A stretch of DNA of 64,000 bases from an uncultured Oscillospiraceae bacterium. GTDB taxonomy: Bacteria; Bacillota; Clostridia; Acetivibrionales; DTU013. Position numbers and translations under genes: made by a program. Positions within the stretch are counted from its first letter, which is position 1. Every line of letters starts with the position of its first letter. Positions 1 through 10,039 of the stretch are shown here, one piece after another. The notes under the pieces were generated by a model. That model saw nothing but the letters and a program-made list of their open reading frames with translations. It ran no database searches and was not told the DNA's origin. The DNA lies in NCBI GenBank assembly GCA_964587755.1, contig CAZPMC010000001.1, positions 53,127 to 117,126 on the forward strand, written 5' to 3'.

Positions 1-1046
1 GCTATTATTGAAGCACCGATAAGAACCGGTATTGAGAAAACCTTTGTGATAGCCATAGCACTTATGTTCTCACCATAATTCGTACCGGCAGGACCACCAA
101 CAAAGCCTGAAACCATATCGCCGATACCGTCACCAATCAGGTTAAGACCAAGTTTATCGGCAATATTATACTTCTTTTCAGCGCCTTTTTTCTTTGCAAG
201 GTCGTTTACATATATATCAAGCTGATATACATGTGCCGTTGACTCAGGTATTGTCGCAATTGCAATTGGCATAATTGCTGCAACTGCAAACCACGTAGGC
301 TTAGGCAGAGTAAATATAGGAAGTGCAAATACGCCTGAGTTTGCAGCCTCCGGTAATACCTTAAACAGGTTTATACCTGTTGCCAGGTTAATGATAAAAG
401 CGGCTAGGCAGCCTAGTATCGGACCTAACAGCAGTGGAAGCTGCCCTAAGAAGCCCTTTAGATATACCGATAAGAGAATTGTGGCGAACAATGTTATAAG
501 AGATACTACCCACGCCATATTCATGGCAAGCTGGGGGTCTGTTCCTGCAGCAATTGCATTTGCAGAAGACGCTGCATCTGTCAGGGCTGTCCCCGCCAGA
601 GTAAGTCCTATTACCATCGCAATGGGGCCTGTGATTGAAGCAGGAAGTATTTTTTCAATCGTATCCTTACCGAAACGGTTTATTATCAGTCCGGCTGCTA
701 TTGATATCAAACCTGACATTATAATACCGAATTGGGCAACTGAGATTTTGTCATTAAGAGCTAAATCTGCCAATTCGGAAGAAGCCATCAAACTGCCTAT
801 GGCTGCAACATATGAGAAGCTAGAGCCATAATACAGAGGTATTTGTCTACCTGTTATAAGGATAAAACAAATCGTTGCAAGTCCACTTGCGAAAATAGTC
901 GTCGAAATATGAAATCCTGTGATAATTGCAACAGCCACCGTTGCCGGGAACATAACGATAACCTGCTGTATTGCATAGAGTAAAAGCTTCCATATGGGAG
1001 GTCTTTCATCGGGAAGATAGCCGATTACCTGTTGATTTTTTGCCAT
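1..1046 (-). CDS. NCS2-family nucleobase (uracil/xanthine-type) permease, N-terminal ~348 codons; the 3' end lies beyond the window start
   Basis: Not in the ORF track because there is no stop inside the window. My translation from ATG 1046 reads MAKNQQVIGYLPDERPPIWKLLLYAIQQVIVMFPATVAVAIITGFHISTTIFASGLATICFILITGRQIPLYYGSSFSYVAAIGS... It is still open at position 1 (...GGPAGTNYGENISAMAITKVFSIPVLIGASII). PLYYGSSFSY and NYGENI.AMAITKV are typical UraA/NCS2 segments. RBS AAGGGGGA lies 7 nt upstream. Confidence 0.8.
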   Translation of the reverse strand, partial: MAKNQQVIGYLPDERPPIWKLLLYAIQQVIVMFPATVAVAIITGFHISTTIFASGLATICFILITGRQIPLYYGSSFSYVAAIGSLMASSELADLALNDKISVAQFGIIMSGLISIAAGLIINRFGKDTIEKILPASITGPIAMVIGLTLAGTALTDAASSANAIAAGTDPQLAMNMAWVVSLITLFATILLSVYLKGFLGQLPLLLGPILGCLAAFIINLATGINLFKVLPEAANSGVFALPIFTLPKPTWFAVAAIMPIAIATIPESTAHVYQLDIYVNDLAKKKGAEKKYNIADKLGLNLIGDGIGDMVSGFVGGPAGTNYGENISAMAITKVFSIPVLIGASII

Positions 1047-1083
1047 GTTAACATCCCCCTTAAAAATTTTTTTAATATACGCA

Positions 1084-1119
1084 AATAAAAAATCTTGTCC
1101 GCACACTGACAGACAAGAT
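1084..1119 (-). terminator. Intrinsic-terminator-like hairpin inside the permease 5' leader (candidate attenuator)
   Basis: Minus strand reads aATCTTGTC-N12-GACAAGATt followed by TTTTTTATTT, about 40 nt upstream of the RBS. Confidence 0.5.
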
Positions 1120-1365
1120 TATACCTCGCACAATACAAGGTTATACTGACTTTTGAAACCTTATGTCAACATCTTGTCGGTATCACTGTACCAGACTTAA
1201 AGATATTTTATTCTTTGCAATTCTATCATAAGGAAATAATTTTTACAATATAATTTGAAAAATATTTATGTCAATTGGTGTCAAAATTTTATGACCTGCC
1301 TTAGGGAACTACCTGCCATTAATTTCGTCAAACTAATTAACAATAATTTAAAGGAGTCTTTAATC

Positions 1366-2631
1366 ATGAGATATAGAATCATAGCATTTGCGCTGTTTCT
1401 TGTTCTTTTATTGCCAACTTTGTTATCTATCTCAGGCTGCGGCACAAGGGTACAAGCACAGGACCTGATGTCAGACATTAAGGCCGATAATAAGGATACA
1501 GATATTGATATCACAGGCTTCCATGCCTCTGCTATAACAGACTTCGGCGTAAAACTTTTTCAAGGAAGCATTGAAGAAGGAAAAAATACTCTTATTTCTC
1601 CTCTTTCGGTTATAAGTGCTCTTGCCATGACCGCAAACGGAGCTAAGGGAGAGACACTTTCTCAAATGGAGGATACATTCGGTCTTCCCGTATCACAGTT
1701 AAACGAGTATCTATGCGCTTATAAAGCTTCCCTAGCCTCAGATGATAAATACAAGCTCAGCCTTGCAAACTCCATCTGGTTTAAGGATGATGACAGCTTT
1801 GTGGTCAAGCCTGATTTCCTTCAAATAAACGCCGACTGGTACGGTGCCGGAATTTTTAAAGCACCCTTTGACAGCTCAACCCTAAAGGATATCAACTCTT
1901 GGGTCAGTGACAACACAAACGGTATGACAAAGGACATTCTCGATGAAATACCCGGGGAGGCTATTATGTATCTTGTCAATGCTCTCTCCTTTGATGCCGA
2001 GTGGCAAAATATTTATAAGGAAAATGAAGTGAAAAAAAGTGTTTTCACCACGCAGGACGGCATAGCAAAGGATGTTGATTTGATGTATTCACAGGAAGGC
2101 AAATATTTAGAGGATAAAAATGCCACCGGATTTATTAAATACTATGCCGACAGAAAATATGCATTTGCAGCACTTCTTCCTAATGAAGGAGTAAGCATTG
2201 AGGACTATGCTGCGACACTAAATGGTGAGAGACTGCATAATATCCTTTCTAATGCAAAAAGTGCTACAGTTAATGCAGCGACACCAAAATTCAAGTGCGA
2301 ATACGACCTGGAAATGAATGATCTTTTAAAATCCTTGGGCATAATCAATGCCTTTGATTCCGGCATTGCGGACTTCTCAGGCTTAGGCTCCTCTACACAG
2401 GGCAATATATACATCGGCCGTGTACTTCACAAGACATTCATAGCTGTTGACGAAAAAGGCACAAAGGCCGGTGCTGCAACAGTTGTTGAAATGAAGGACG
2501 AAAGCGCTATTTGGGAGCCTGATGATATTAAAACCGTATATCTTGACCGTCCCTTTGTTTACATGCTAATTGACTGCAAAGCAAATCTGCCCTTCTTTAT
2601 AGGCACAGTCATGGACCCTAGCTTGACATAA
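1366..2631 (+). CDS. Serpin-family serine protease inhibitor, predicted lipoprotein
   Basis: ORF 1255..2631. Internal start MRYRIIAFALFLVLLLPTLLSISGC (signal peptide plus lipobox) follows RBS AAAGGAG. Serpin body LISPLSVISALAMTANGAKGETL. Hinge/RCL DEKGTKAGAATVVEM... then DRPFVYMLID. Confidence 0.85.
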   Translation: MRYRIIAFALFLVLLLPTLLSISGCGTRVQAQDLMSDIKADNKDTDIDITGFHASAITDFGVKLFQGSIEEGKNTLISPLSVISALAMTANGAKGETLSQMEDTFGLPVSQLNEYLCAYKASLASDDKYKLSLANSIWFKDDDSFVVKPDFLQINADWYGAGIFKAPFDSSTLKDINSWVSDNTNGMTKDILDEIPGEAIMYLVNALSFDAEWQNIYKENEVKKSVFTTQDGIAKDVDLMYSQEGKYLEDKNATGFIKYYADRKYAFAALLPNEGVSIEDYAATLNGERLHNILSNAKSATVNAATPKFKCEYDLEMNDLLKSLGIINAFDSGIADFSGLGSSTQGNIYIGRVLHKTFIAVDEKGTKAGAATVVEMKDESAIWEPDDIKTVYLDRPFVYMLIDCKANLPFFIGTVMDPSLT

Positions 2632-2683
2632 AGTTAAAAAAAGCTTATCTTATATATTATAAGGAAAATATAATAGTTTCAGC

Positions 2684-2904
2684 TTTAGGATAGAGGCGCG
2701 TAAAGAATGAGTAACCTGTTGCTAAGGTCAGCGCAGCCGCAGCAGATAAAAGGTCTTTACGCCGAAGGGTCACATCCTTGCCTGAGGATATGATTACCTG
2801 GGCCGTCGGAAAATATCCGTCGGACTGCCGCCATTGGCGGAGCGCTGTCTATGCACGAAAAAATTCGATGCCATGAACGCTTTGCCGTACATGGTTGTTT
2901 TTTT
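2684..2904 (+). promoter_or_regulatory. Lysine riboswitch (L-box) with intrinsic terminator
   Basis: GATAGAGGCGCG...GAGTAACC...GCCGAAGGG...GGAGCGCTGTCTATG matches the conserved L-box core as I remember it from the B. subtilis lysC leader. It is followed by CCATGAACG-N6-CGTACATGG plus TTGTTTTTTT (2871-2904), just upstream of the ABC transporter RBS. Confidence 0.85.
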
Positions 2905-2938
2905 AGCTGAACAATATCGAATTTGGGAGGAAATTATC

Positions 2939-3793
2939 ATGTTTAAAAGGATTTTTGCAATTTTACTGGCGTGTATAACAATACTTTCATTTGCTGCTTG
3001 TGGTAACAAATCAGGAGGCGCAGACAAAAACTCCGTACTGGAAACAGGTGTTTTCCGTGTTGGAATGGAATGTGCCTACGCACCATACAACTGGACTCAG
3101 TCTGATGATTCCAACGGTGCTGTCCCCATTCACAACAGCAGCGATTTTGCTTATGGCTATGATGTAATGATGGCTAAAAAGATTTGTGAAGCAAACGGAT
3201 GGACCCTGGAGATCCGAAAGCTTGACTGGGATTCTATTCCTATTGCCGTTCAGTCTGGTGAGATTGACGCAGGTATTTGTGGTCAATCAATTACCTCAGA
3301 GAGAATGGAATCTGTGGACTTCTCCACTCCTTATTACTATGCATCCTTGGTTACCCTTGTAAAAGCAGACGGACCTTATGCAAATGCCACAGGAATCTCT
3401 GACTTTGAAGGCGCAACCTGTACTTCTCAAATCAACACAGTATGGTATGATGTCTGCCTTCCTCAGATAAAAAATGCAAATATTCTGCCGGCTCAGGAAA
3501 CCTCAGGTACAATGCTGGTAGCTCTGGCATCGGGAGCGGTTGATCTTGTTTGTACCGATTATCCTACAGCTCTTGCGGCTGTAACAGCGTACCCTGATAT
3601 GAAGCTTTTGGACTTTACAGGCGAGGATGATAACTACGAAGTTTCAGAAGAAGAAATAAATATCGGTATCAGCTGCATGAAGGGCAACTCAAAGCTTGTA
3701 GAAGCTATAAACAAAGTACTTGAAACCATGACCACCGATGATTATGAGGCAATGATGAAGCAAGCTATTGCCGTTCAGCCATTGTCTGAATAA
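2939..3793 (+). CDS. Amino-acid ABC transporter substrate-binding lipoprotein (predicted lysine/basic amino acid, from the riboswitch)
   Basis: ORF 2834..3793. Start MFKRIFAILLACITILSFAAC (lipobox) follows RBS GGGAGG. Family-3 SBP-like body (GICGQSITSERMESVDFSTPYY). Confidence 0.85.
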   Translation: MFKRIFAILLACITILSFAACGNKSGGADKNSVLETGVFRVGMECAYAPYNWTQSDDSNGAVPIHNSSDFAYGYDVMMAKKICEANGWTLEIRKLDWDSIPIAVQSGEIDAGICGQSITSERMESVDFSTPYYYASLVTLVKADGPYANATGISDFEGATCTSQINTVWYDVCLPQIKNANILPAQETSGTMLVALASGAVDLVCTDYPTALAAVTAYPDMKLLDFTGEDDNYEVSEEEINIGISCMKGNSKLVEAINKVLETMTTDDYEAMMKQAIAVQPLSE

Positions 3794-3819
3794 AACAAAC
3801 CGGAAAGGATTCTTTCGCT

Positions 3820-4626
3820 ATGCAAAGCACACTACCAACCGATTTTTGGGGTCGGATAAGCTTTTTAATAACAAATTACAGCAGCTCATTTTTAAGAGGA
3901 GCTGCAGCAACGATTGCCATTGCCCTTGTCGGAACTATTATAGGCTGCCTGATAGGGTTTGTTGTCGGTATTATTCAGACAATACCCTATGACAAAAACA
4001 GTTCATTACCAAAGCGAATTTTAATGACTGTAATAAATGGAATACTCAAAATTTATGTTGAGGTATTTCGAGGAACACCCATGATAGTACAGGCAATGTT
4101 TATTTATTACGGTGCTTTGATGTATCTAAATATCGGCATGGGTATGTGGACTGCCGCATTCTTTATAATATCCATAAATACCGGAGCTTATATGGCAGAG
4201 ACTGTCCGGGGTGGTATTATTTCAGTGGACCCGGGGCAAACCGAGGGTGCAAAGGCAATCGGTATGACACATTTTCAGACAATGATGTATATCGTCTTCC
4301 CCCAGACACTGCGAAATATTATTCCACAGATTGGCAACAATCTGATTATCAATATAAAGGACTCCTCTGTTTTAAGTGTTATCGGAACCGTCGAGCTCTT
4401 CTATGCTGCTAAGCAGACCTCCGGAGCATATTATTGGTATTTTGAGAGCATGTCTGTTGCTATGGTCGTGTATCTTATAATGACCCTGCTTACCTCCTTC
4501 CTGCTTCGCAAATGGGAGAAAAAGCTTGACGGGAAGGCAACCTTCGACTTAGCGACTACTGACACCTTAGCCCATACCAGCGGGCTGATGCGCGGTCCAG
4601 TGCTAGAAAGGAGAGCTGAGCAATGA
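3820..4626 (+). CDS. Amino-acid ABC transporter permease (HisM/GlnP type)
   Basis: Multi-TM protein with the EAA-like loop [28 protein letters not shown]. Same operon as the SBP and ATPase. Confidence 0.9.
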   Translation: MQSTLPTDFWGRISFLITNYSSSFLRGAAATIAIALVGTIIGCLIGFVVGIIQTIPYDKNSSLPKRILMTVINGILKIYVEVFRGTPMIVQAMFIYYGALMYLNIGMGMWTAAFFIISINTGAYMAETVRGGIISVDPGQTEGAKAIGMTHFQTMMYIVFPQTLRNIIPQIGNNLIINIKDSSVLSVIGTVELFYAAKQTSGAYYWYFESMSVAMVVYLIMTLLTSFLLRKWEKKLDGKATFDLATTDTLAHTSGLMRGPVLERRAEQ

Positions 4627-5363
4627 GTGATGTGATTATCAAGGTAAGCCACTTGGGAAAAACCTTTGGTACAAACGTTGTTTTGAGGGATATTGATTTC
4701 ACGGTATCAAAAGGTGACGTAACTTCAATAATAGGTGCTTCAGGCTCCGGAAAATCGACACTGCTGCGTTGCATTAACCTTTTAGAAACGCCTACCGTCG
4801 GTGAAATTCTCTTTCATGGCAAACCAATCAACGACAAAAAGGTAGATGCCTCAAAGTACCGTACCCGTGTAGGAATGGTTTTTCAATCCTTCAATCTTTT
4901 TAACAACCTTACTGTTCTTGATAACTGTATTGTCGGTCAGACAAAGGTGTTAAAAAAGAAAAAGGAGGAATCGGTAGAGCAGGCAATGAAATATCTGGAA
5001 AAAGTCGGCATGGCTCCATATATAAACGCTAAGCCGCATCAGTTGTCCGGTGGACAAAAGCAGCGTGTTGCCATTGCCCGTGCCCTTGCCATGGAACCGG
5101 AGGTGCTGCTTTTTGACGAGCCGACCTCTGCTCTTGACCCTGAAACTGTTGGTGAGGTTTTAACGGTAATGCGAAGCCTCGCTCAAGAAGGCATGACAAT
5201 GATTGTCGTAACCCATGAAATGGCCTTTGCCCGTGATGTGAGCAATCATGTTGTCTTTATGTCGGAAGGTGTTATCTGTGAGGAAGGATCTCCGAAGGAT
5301 ATATTCGAGAATCCCAAAAGCCCCAGAACCCAGGAATTCTTGGCACGCTTCACCCAAAGCTAA
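4623..5363 (+). CDS. Amino-acid ABC transporter ATP-binding protein (GlnQ type)
   Basis: Walker [10 protein letters not shown], signature [15 protein letters not shown], Walker [16 protein letters not shown] overlap with the permease stop. Confidence 0.95.
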   Translation: MSDVIIKVSHLGKTFGTNVVLRDIDFTVSKGDVTSIIGASGSGKSTLLRCINLLETPTVGEILFHGKPINDKKVDASKYRTRVGMVFQSFNLFNNLTVLDNCIVGQTKVLKKKKEESVEQAMKYLEKVGMAPYINAKPHQLSGGQKQRVAIARALAMEPEVLLFDEPTSALDPETVGEVLTVMRSLAQEGMTMIVVTHEMAFARDVSNHVVFMSEGVICEEGSPKDIFENPKSPRTQEFLARFTQS

Positions 5364-5375
5364 AAGATTGTTTTT

Positions 5376-5417
5376 AAAAGGCGGATGCTGAATACCTGCA
5401 TCCGCCTTACTTGTTTT
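5376..5417. terminator. Bidirectional intrinsic terminator between convergent genes
   Basis: AAAAGGCGGATGC-N9-GCATCCGCCTT followed by a T-rich tail. Lies between the ABC ATPase stop (5363) and the Dabb gene stop (5447). Confidence 0.7.
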
Positions 5418-5446
5418 GGCGTTAAATCAGACAACCAGTCAGGCTC

Positions 5447-5749
5447 TCATCCTTCGAAATCCAAACAAAGTCTTGTTTCAACGTATGGACGGACATATGT
5501 ATTTGCAACCTTTATATGAGCCGGATGGTCTTGATATCCCTTATAAGCCGCTACATCTGTAAATACGCTGTCCAGCATCAGGTCAGCATTTGAGGTCTCT
5601 ATGCTGTCTATTTGGACATGTATTTTTTCGATCCCGCCGATTTGCCCCTTCAATGCTTCAAGCTCCTTTTTGATATTTTGCTTTACCTTGCTCTTTTCCT
5701 CATTAGATAAAGAATCCTTCAACTTCCAAAGTATAATGTGATATAACAT
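5447..5749 (-). CDS. Dabb (stress-responsive alpha/beta barrel) domain protein
   Basis: 100 aa. Starts MLYHIILWKLKD and ends ...YQDHPAHIKV...RLCLDFE, the typical Dabb pattern. Confidence 0.7.
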   Translation of the reverse strand: MLYHIILWKLKDSLSNEEKSKVKQNIKKELEALKGQIGGIEKIHVQIDSIETSNADLMLDSVFTDVAAYKGYQDHPAHIKVANTYVRPYVETRLCLDFEG

Positions 5750-5895
5750 TTCAGTGTTCCTCCCCCTGATACGATTACTTTGAATTTATTTTAACACATT
5801 CTTTAAGTGGTTAGAACCATATGCTATAATTTTTCCTGCAGCTGTCTTTTTACAACAATGCAGCAAAAACCATCAGAGTATCGGAGATATATGAT

Positions 5896-6711
5896 TTGGA
5901 TAAGCAGGATTTTTTAAAGAAATTCACACGGAATAATGAAGATAAGCTACTGCTTGCAAAGGCTTTAGACAAGCTTGAAGAAACTGCCCGGCACAACGTG
6001 CCTTCAAGCACTAAGCTTTTGAATGAACAGGAAAGAGCATTCTTGGAAGCTGCACTCAAAAGCTTAGGGACTTTCGGGGCTGACAGAAGAATTTTTTGGG
6101 GCGGCTATGAAAATGCTCTAAGAACTGTGTTGATTTTTCTGCCTGACTACATGGAGCCTAAGGACATAATAACTGATTACAACAAAGCCTTTGATCCTCT
6201 CGCCTACATCCGTGTAGAATACCCTACCCAAAAGACTCTTAACCACAGGGACTTCCTCGGCAGCCTTTTAAGTTCAGGTGTTACAAGGGAAACCATCGGA
6301 GATATTTTAGTCGGTGAAAATTCATGCGATATTGTAATACTAAAAGAGATTCTCCCCTATGTTATGTCAAATTTCGATACAGTGGGACGAGTAAAAATCA
6401 AAAAGGCTGCAATTGATTCTAAAGGTTTAATCATCCCTGAGCTAAAGTATGTTGCAATTAAAGCGACACTAGCTTCAATGCGCCTTGATAAGGTTATTTC
6501 AACCGGCTTCTCTTTAAGCCGTACCAAGGCAGGTGATTATATAGCAGCCGGCCGGGTCATGCTTAATTACATAGAATGTAAAAAACCCGACAAGCTAATT
6601 AGCGCATCAGATATTATAACAGTGCGGGGGCTGGGTAAAATTGAACTTCAGCAGGTCGGTCCCCTCACAAGAAAAGGCCGCTTATCGGTAATTATAAAAA
6701 AATATGTATAG
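5896..6711 (+). CDS. ylmH: YlmH-like RNA-binding S4-domain protein
   Basis: 271 aa, TTG start. The architecture resembles B. subtilis YlmH (GGYENALR..., HRDFLGSLL, C-terminal S4-like MRLDKVISTGFSLSRTKAGDYIAAGRVMLN). Confidence 0.65.
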   Translation: MDKQDFLKKFTRNNEDKLLLAKALDKLEETARHNVPSSTKLLNEQERAFLEAALKSLGTFGADRRIFWGGYENALRTVLIFLPDYMEPKDIITDYNKAFDPLAYIRVEYPTQKTLNHRDFLGSLLSSGVTRETIGDILVGENSCDIVILKEILPYVMSNFDTVGRVKIKKAAIDSKGLIIPELKYVAIKATLASMRLDKVISTGFSLSRTKAGDYIAAGRVMLNYIECKKPDKLISASDIITVRGLGKIELQQVGPLTRKGRLSVIIKKYV

Positions 6712-6798
6712 AATATTACAGTTGATTGCATTTTTATTCAAAAAGTGTATAATTTAATGAGTATTTTGCGAATAAACGGTATAGCACAGGAGGTTCTT

Positions 6799-8232
6799 AT
6801 GTTTTCAACTGTAAAAGAGGTACTTAAATATTGTGAAGAAAACAAAATTAAAATGATAGACTTTAAAATGATTGATATCGCCGGCCGCTGGCGTCACATA
6901 ACCATTCCTGTTGAAAGAATGGGTGAAGATATAATGAAATACGGCATCGGCTTTGACGGCTCTAACTACGGATATACTCCCGTTGAAAAAAGCGATATGG
7001 TGTTTATCCCGGATTTGTCAAGTGCACGTATTGATCCGTTTCTAGAAATCCCGACCCTATCAATGATAGGAAACGTTCTGATTATTGACACCAATGAAAA
7101 CCGCCCCTTTGACCAGTATCCTAGAAATGTAGCTTTAAGGGCTGAGGAATTTATGCAGGAAATGAAAATTGGAGACAATATGATTATAGGACCAGAGTTT
7201 GAATTTTATCTTCTGGAGCATGTAAGCTATGAGTGCAAACCAAACTCTGTGGCATATAAACTTGATACAACACCGGCAGAGTGGAATAGCGGCGTCAATA
7301 CTACAATTAATTCCGGCTACCATATTCCTGTCAAAGGTGGTTATCATATTACACCTCCCCATGATACAACATTTAATCTAAGGAATAAAATTTGTCTTCT
7401 TCTCGAGGATTGGGGTGTTAAGGTAAAATATCATCACCATGAAGTGGGCGGCCCAGGTCAGTTGGAAATAGAGGTTGAGATGGGCAACATGAGCGAGATG
7501 GCAGACAAAACAATGATTATCAAATATATTATTAAAAATGCCGCTGATGCCGAAAACAAAACAGCCACCTTCATGCCAAAGCCTATTTTCTCAGAAGCCG
7601 GAAACGGAATGCATGTACATATGCTGCTAATGAAGGACGGCAAGCCACTTTTCTACGACAAAAACGGGTATTCGGGTCTCAGTGAGCAGGCTCACTGGTT
7701 TATGGGTGGTCTATTAAAGCACGCCAGATCTCTGTGTGCTCTGACAAACCCGTCAACCAATTCATTTAAACGTCTTGTGCCCGGTTATGAAGCTCCTGTT
7801 ACAATAGGATATGCCACTTCAAACAGAAGTGCTGTTATTCGCATACCCGCCTATGCAAAATCCCCTGAAACAAAGCGCTTTGAACTAAGAAACCCGGATG
7901 CCACCTGCAACCCGTATTATGGCTATGCAGCAATATTGATGGCAGGTATTGATGGAATCTTAAATAAAATAGATCCACAGGAAAATGGCTGGGGACCTTA
8001 CGACTACAATCTTTACAATCTATCTAAGGAAGAACAAAAAAAGCTTTCTAGCCTTCCAAAATCGCTGGATGAAGCCCTTGATGCCCTGGAAAAGGATAAT
8101 GAATACTTGACCCGCGGCGGAGTCTTCCCTAAAGTCTTGCTGGATACCTGGATTAAAAATAAGCGTGCAGAAGCTGAGGCTATAAGCAGGATTCCACATC
8201 CTGCCGAGTTTGCCCGCTATTATGATTTATAA
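6799..8232 (+). CDS. glnA: Glutamine synthetase (GlnA family)
   Basis: ORF 6745..8232. Start MFSTVKEVL follows RBS AGGAGG. Motifs GPEFEFYL, HHHEVGGPGQLEIE, NGMHVHM, SNRSAVIRIP. Confidence 0.9.
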   Translation: MFSTVKEVLKYCEENKIKMIDFKMIDIAGRWRHITIPVERMGEDIMKYGIGFDGSNYGYTPVEKSDMVFIPDLSSARIDPFLEIPTLSMIGNVLIIDTNENRPFDQYPRNVALRAEEFMQEMKIGDNMIIGPEFEFYLLEHVSYECKPNSVAYKLDTTPAEWNSGVNTTINSGYHIPVKGGYHITPPHDTTFNLRNKICLLLEDWGVKVKYHHHEVGGPGQLEIEVEMGNMSEMADKTMIIKYIIKNAADAENKTATFMPKPIFSEAGNGMHVHMLLMKDGKPLFYDKNGYSGLSEQAHWFMGGLLKHARSLCALTNPSTNSFKRLVPGYEAPVTIGYATSNRSAVIRIPAYAKSPETKRFELRNPDATCNPYYGYAAILMAGIDGILNKIDPQENGWGPYDYNLYNLSKEEQKKLSSLPKSLDEALDALEKDNEYLTRGGVFPKVLLDTWIKNKRAEAEAISRIPHPAEFARYYDL

Positions 8233-8380
8233 TACGGACATATCCTCCAATTTTTTCTTGTGTTTTATTAACATATTGTTTAAAAAGTCAATGACAAGCC
8301 TAGACTAAAAACGATATAATAAGATGTCGAGTTTTGCATGTTATTGGATGCGGTAATTATCGTTTTTTTGGAGGTAACTT

Positions 8381-10003
8381 ATGAATATTTTTATGATATT
8401 TCTTCTGCTCGGCGGTCTGGGTATGTTTCTTTATGGAATGAATATGATGTCAGATGGGCTGGAGAATGTTGCAGGCGATAAAATGAGACAAACCCTGGAG
8501 GTCCTGACAACAAACCGTTTTGCAGCAGTAGGTGTGGGTGCCGGAGTAACAGCCCTTATACAAAGCTCATCAGCTACTACGGTTATGGTAGTCGGTTTTG
8601 TTAACGCCGGTCTTATGTCCTTACTTCAGGCTACGGGAGTAATTATGGGAGCGAATATCGGAACGACCATTACAGGTCAGCTTATTGCTTTTAAGCTGTC
8701 CGATATTGCTCCACTTTTCATTTTTACCGGCATGCTGATGATTGTTTTCGTTAAGAAAAGATACTATCACAGACTTGGAAACATTATTCTTGGATTTGGA
8801 ATTCTTTTTGTGGGCTTAAACCTTATGGCTCAGGCAATGGCGCCTTTAAAGGACAATGAAGCCTTCAGAAACTTCCTTATCAACTTTAAAAATCCTTTCG
8901 TAGGTGTGCTAATAGGAGCAATATTTACAGCAATTATTCAAAGCTCATCTGCTTCAATTGGTATTCTGCAGACTTTTGCAGCGATAGGACTGATAGGACT
9001 GGATTCCGCAGTATATGTTATTCTGGGGCAGAATATCGGCACATGCGTTACCGCCATAATCTCCGCAATCGGCACAAATACGAATTCAAAGCGTACTGCG
9101 GGAGTACACCTGATGTTTAATATTTTAGGTACAGTTATATATTTAATCTTGCTTGCTATTTTCCCCTCAATAGTTTCACTGGTAGAATCCTTGTCACCCC
9201 ATAATGCTTCAAGACAGATTGCCAACTTCCATACTGTCTTCAATGTGTCTGTTACAATACTTCTTTTCCCCTTTGCAAATCTTATGGTAAAGCTTATAAA
9301 ACGAATAATTCCTGATAAAGCAAGAGCAGGCTATGTTGAGCAAAAACTTGTGTATCTTGATGAAAGAATTGCCCAAACCCCTTCTATTGCATTAAAGCAG
9401 ACCTTAAAAGAAGTGAGCCGTATGGGTAAAATCACGAGTGAGAACCTACAAAGGGCTCTTGATGCATTCTTTAGCAACGATGAATCAAAGGCGGCAAAAG
9501 TACTTGAGGTGGAAAAAACAATTGACTTTCTTACAAACGGTATTGCAAATTACCTTATAGAATTCAAAGGGTTGAATCTGTCTGAAAATGATTTGAAAAT
9601 AATGGGCAGCCTGCACCATGTAATAATCGATATGGAGCGAATAGGTGACCACGCTGAAAACATCGCCGAATTTACATTTACACTTTCCGAAAAGCGGGCC
9701 TGCTTAAGTCAGGAAGCAGAAATGGAGCTTCGGACAATGTCCAAAAGAACTGTCGAAATGCTCAATACTGCATTGGAAGTTTTTGATAGCAGAGATGTTA
9801 GCAGATTAAGCAGCATAGAAAATGTAGAGCAAGAAATCGACAACATGAAAAAAGAATATATAAGCAACCACATTGAAAGACTCCAGATAAAAGAATGCGA
9901 CCCGCAGGTGGGAGTCATATTTACAAACATGATTTCAACCTTTGAAAGAATTGCAGACCATGCAGATAATATTGCTCTGTCGCTTTTAGGAGAGGAATAT
10001 TAA
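8381..10003 (+). CDS. Na/Pi cotransporter family protein with C-terminal PhoU-like repeats
   Basis: 540 aa. Duplicated QSSSATT / QSSSASI membrane motifs and two RIGDHAENIA / RIADHADNIA PhoU-type motifs. Confidence 0.85.
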   Translation: MNIFMIFLLLGGLGMFLYGMNMMSDGLENVAGDKMRQTLEVLTTNRFAAVGVGAGVTALIQSSSATTVMVVGFVNAGLMSLLQATGVIMGANIGTTITGQLIAFKLSDIAPLFIFTGMLMIVFVKKRYYHRLGNIILGFGILFVGLNLMAQAMAPLKDNEAFRNFLINFKNPFVGVLIGAIFTAIIQSSSASIGILQTFAAIGLIGLDSAVYVILGQNIGTCVTAIISAIGTNTNSKRTAGVHLMFNILGTVIYLILLAIFPSIVSLVESLSPHNASRQIANFHTVFNVSVTILLFPFANLMVKLIKRIIPDKARAGYVEQKLVYLDERIAQTPSIALKQTLKEVSRMGKITSENLQRALDAFFSNDESKAAKVLEVEKTIDFLTNGIANYLIEFKGLNLSENDLKIMGSLHHVIIDMERIGDHAENIAEFTFTLSEKRACLSQEAEMELRTMSKRTVEMLNTALEVFDSRDVSRLSSIENVEQEIDNMKKEYISNHIERLQIKECDPQVGVIFTNMISTFERIADHADNIALSLLGEEY

Positions 10004-10039
10004 GAATATTTGTTGAATCTTTTTTTTGTTGTCAACTAT

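Noticed and set aside
391-831. 146-aa plus-strand ORF
   Set aside because: It lies antisense to the clearly homologous NCS2 permease frame on the minus strand. The composition is a shadow of a membrane-protein gene, and I saw no RBS.
1047-1250. PyrR attenuator or purine riboswitch upstream of the permease
   Set aside because: I could not find the PyrR binding-loop consensus or the purine-riboswitch junction and loop motifs by eye. It is reported only as an unclassified attenuator.
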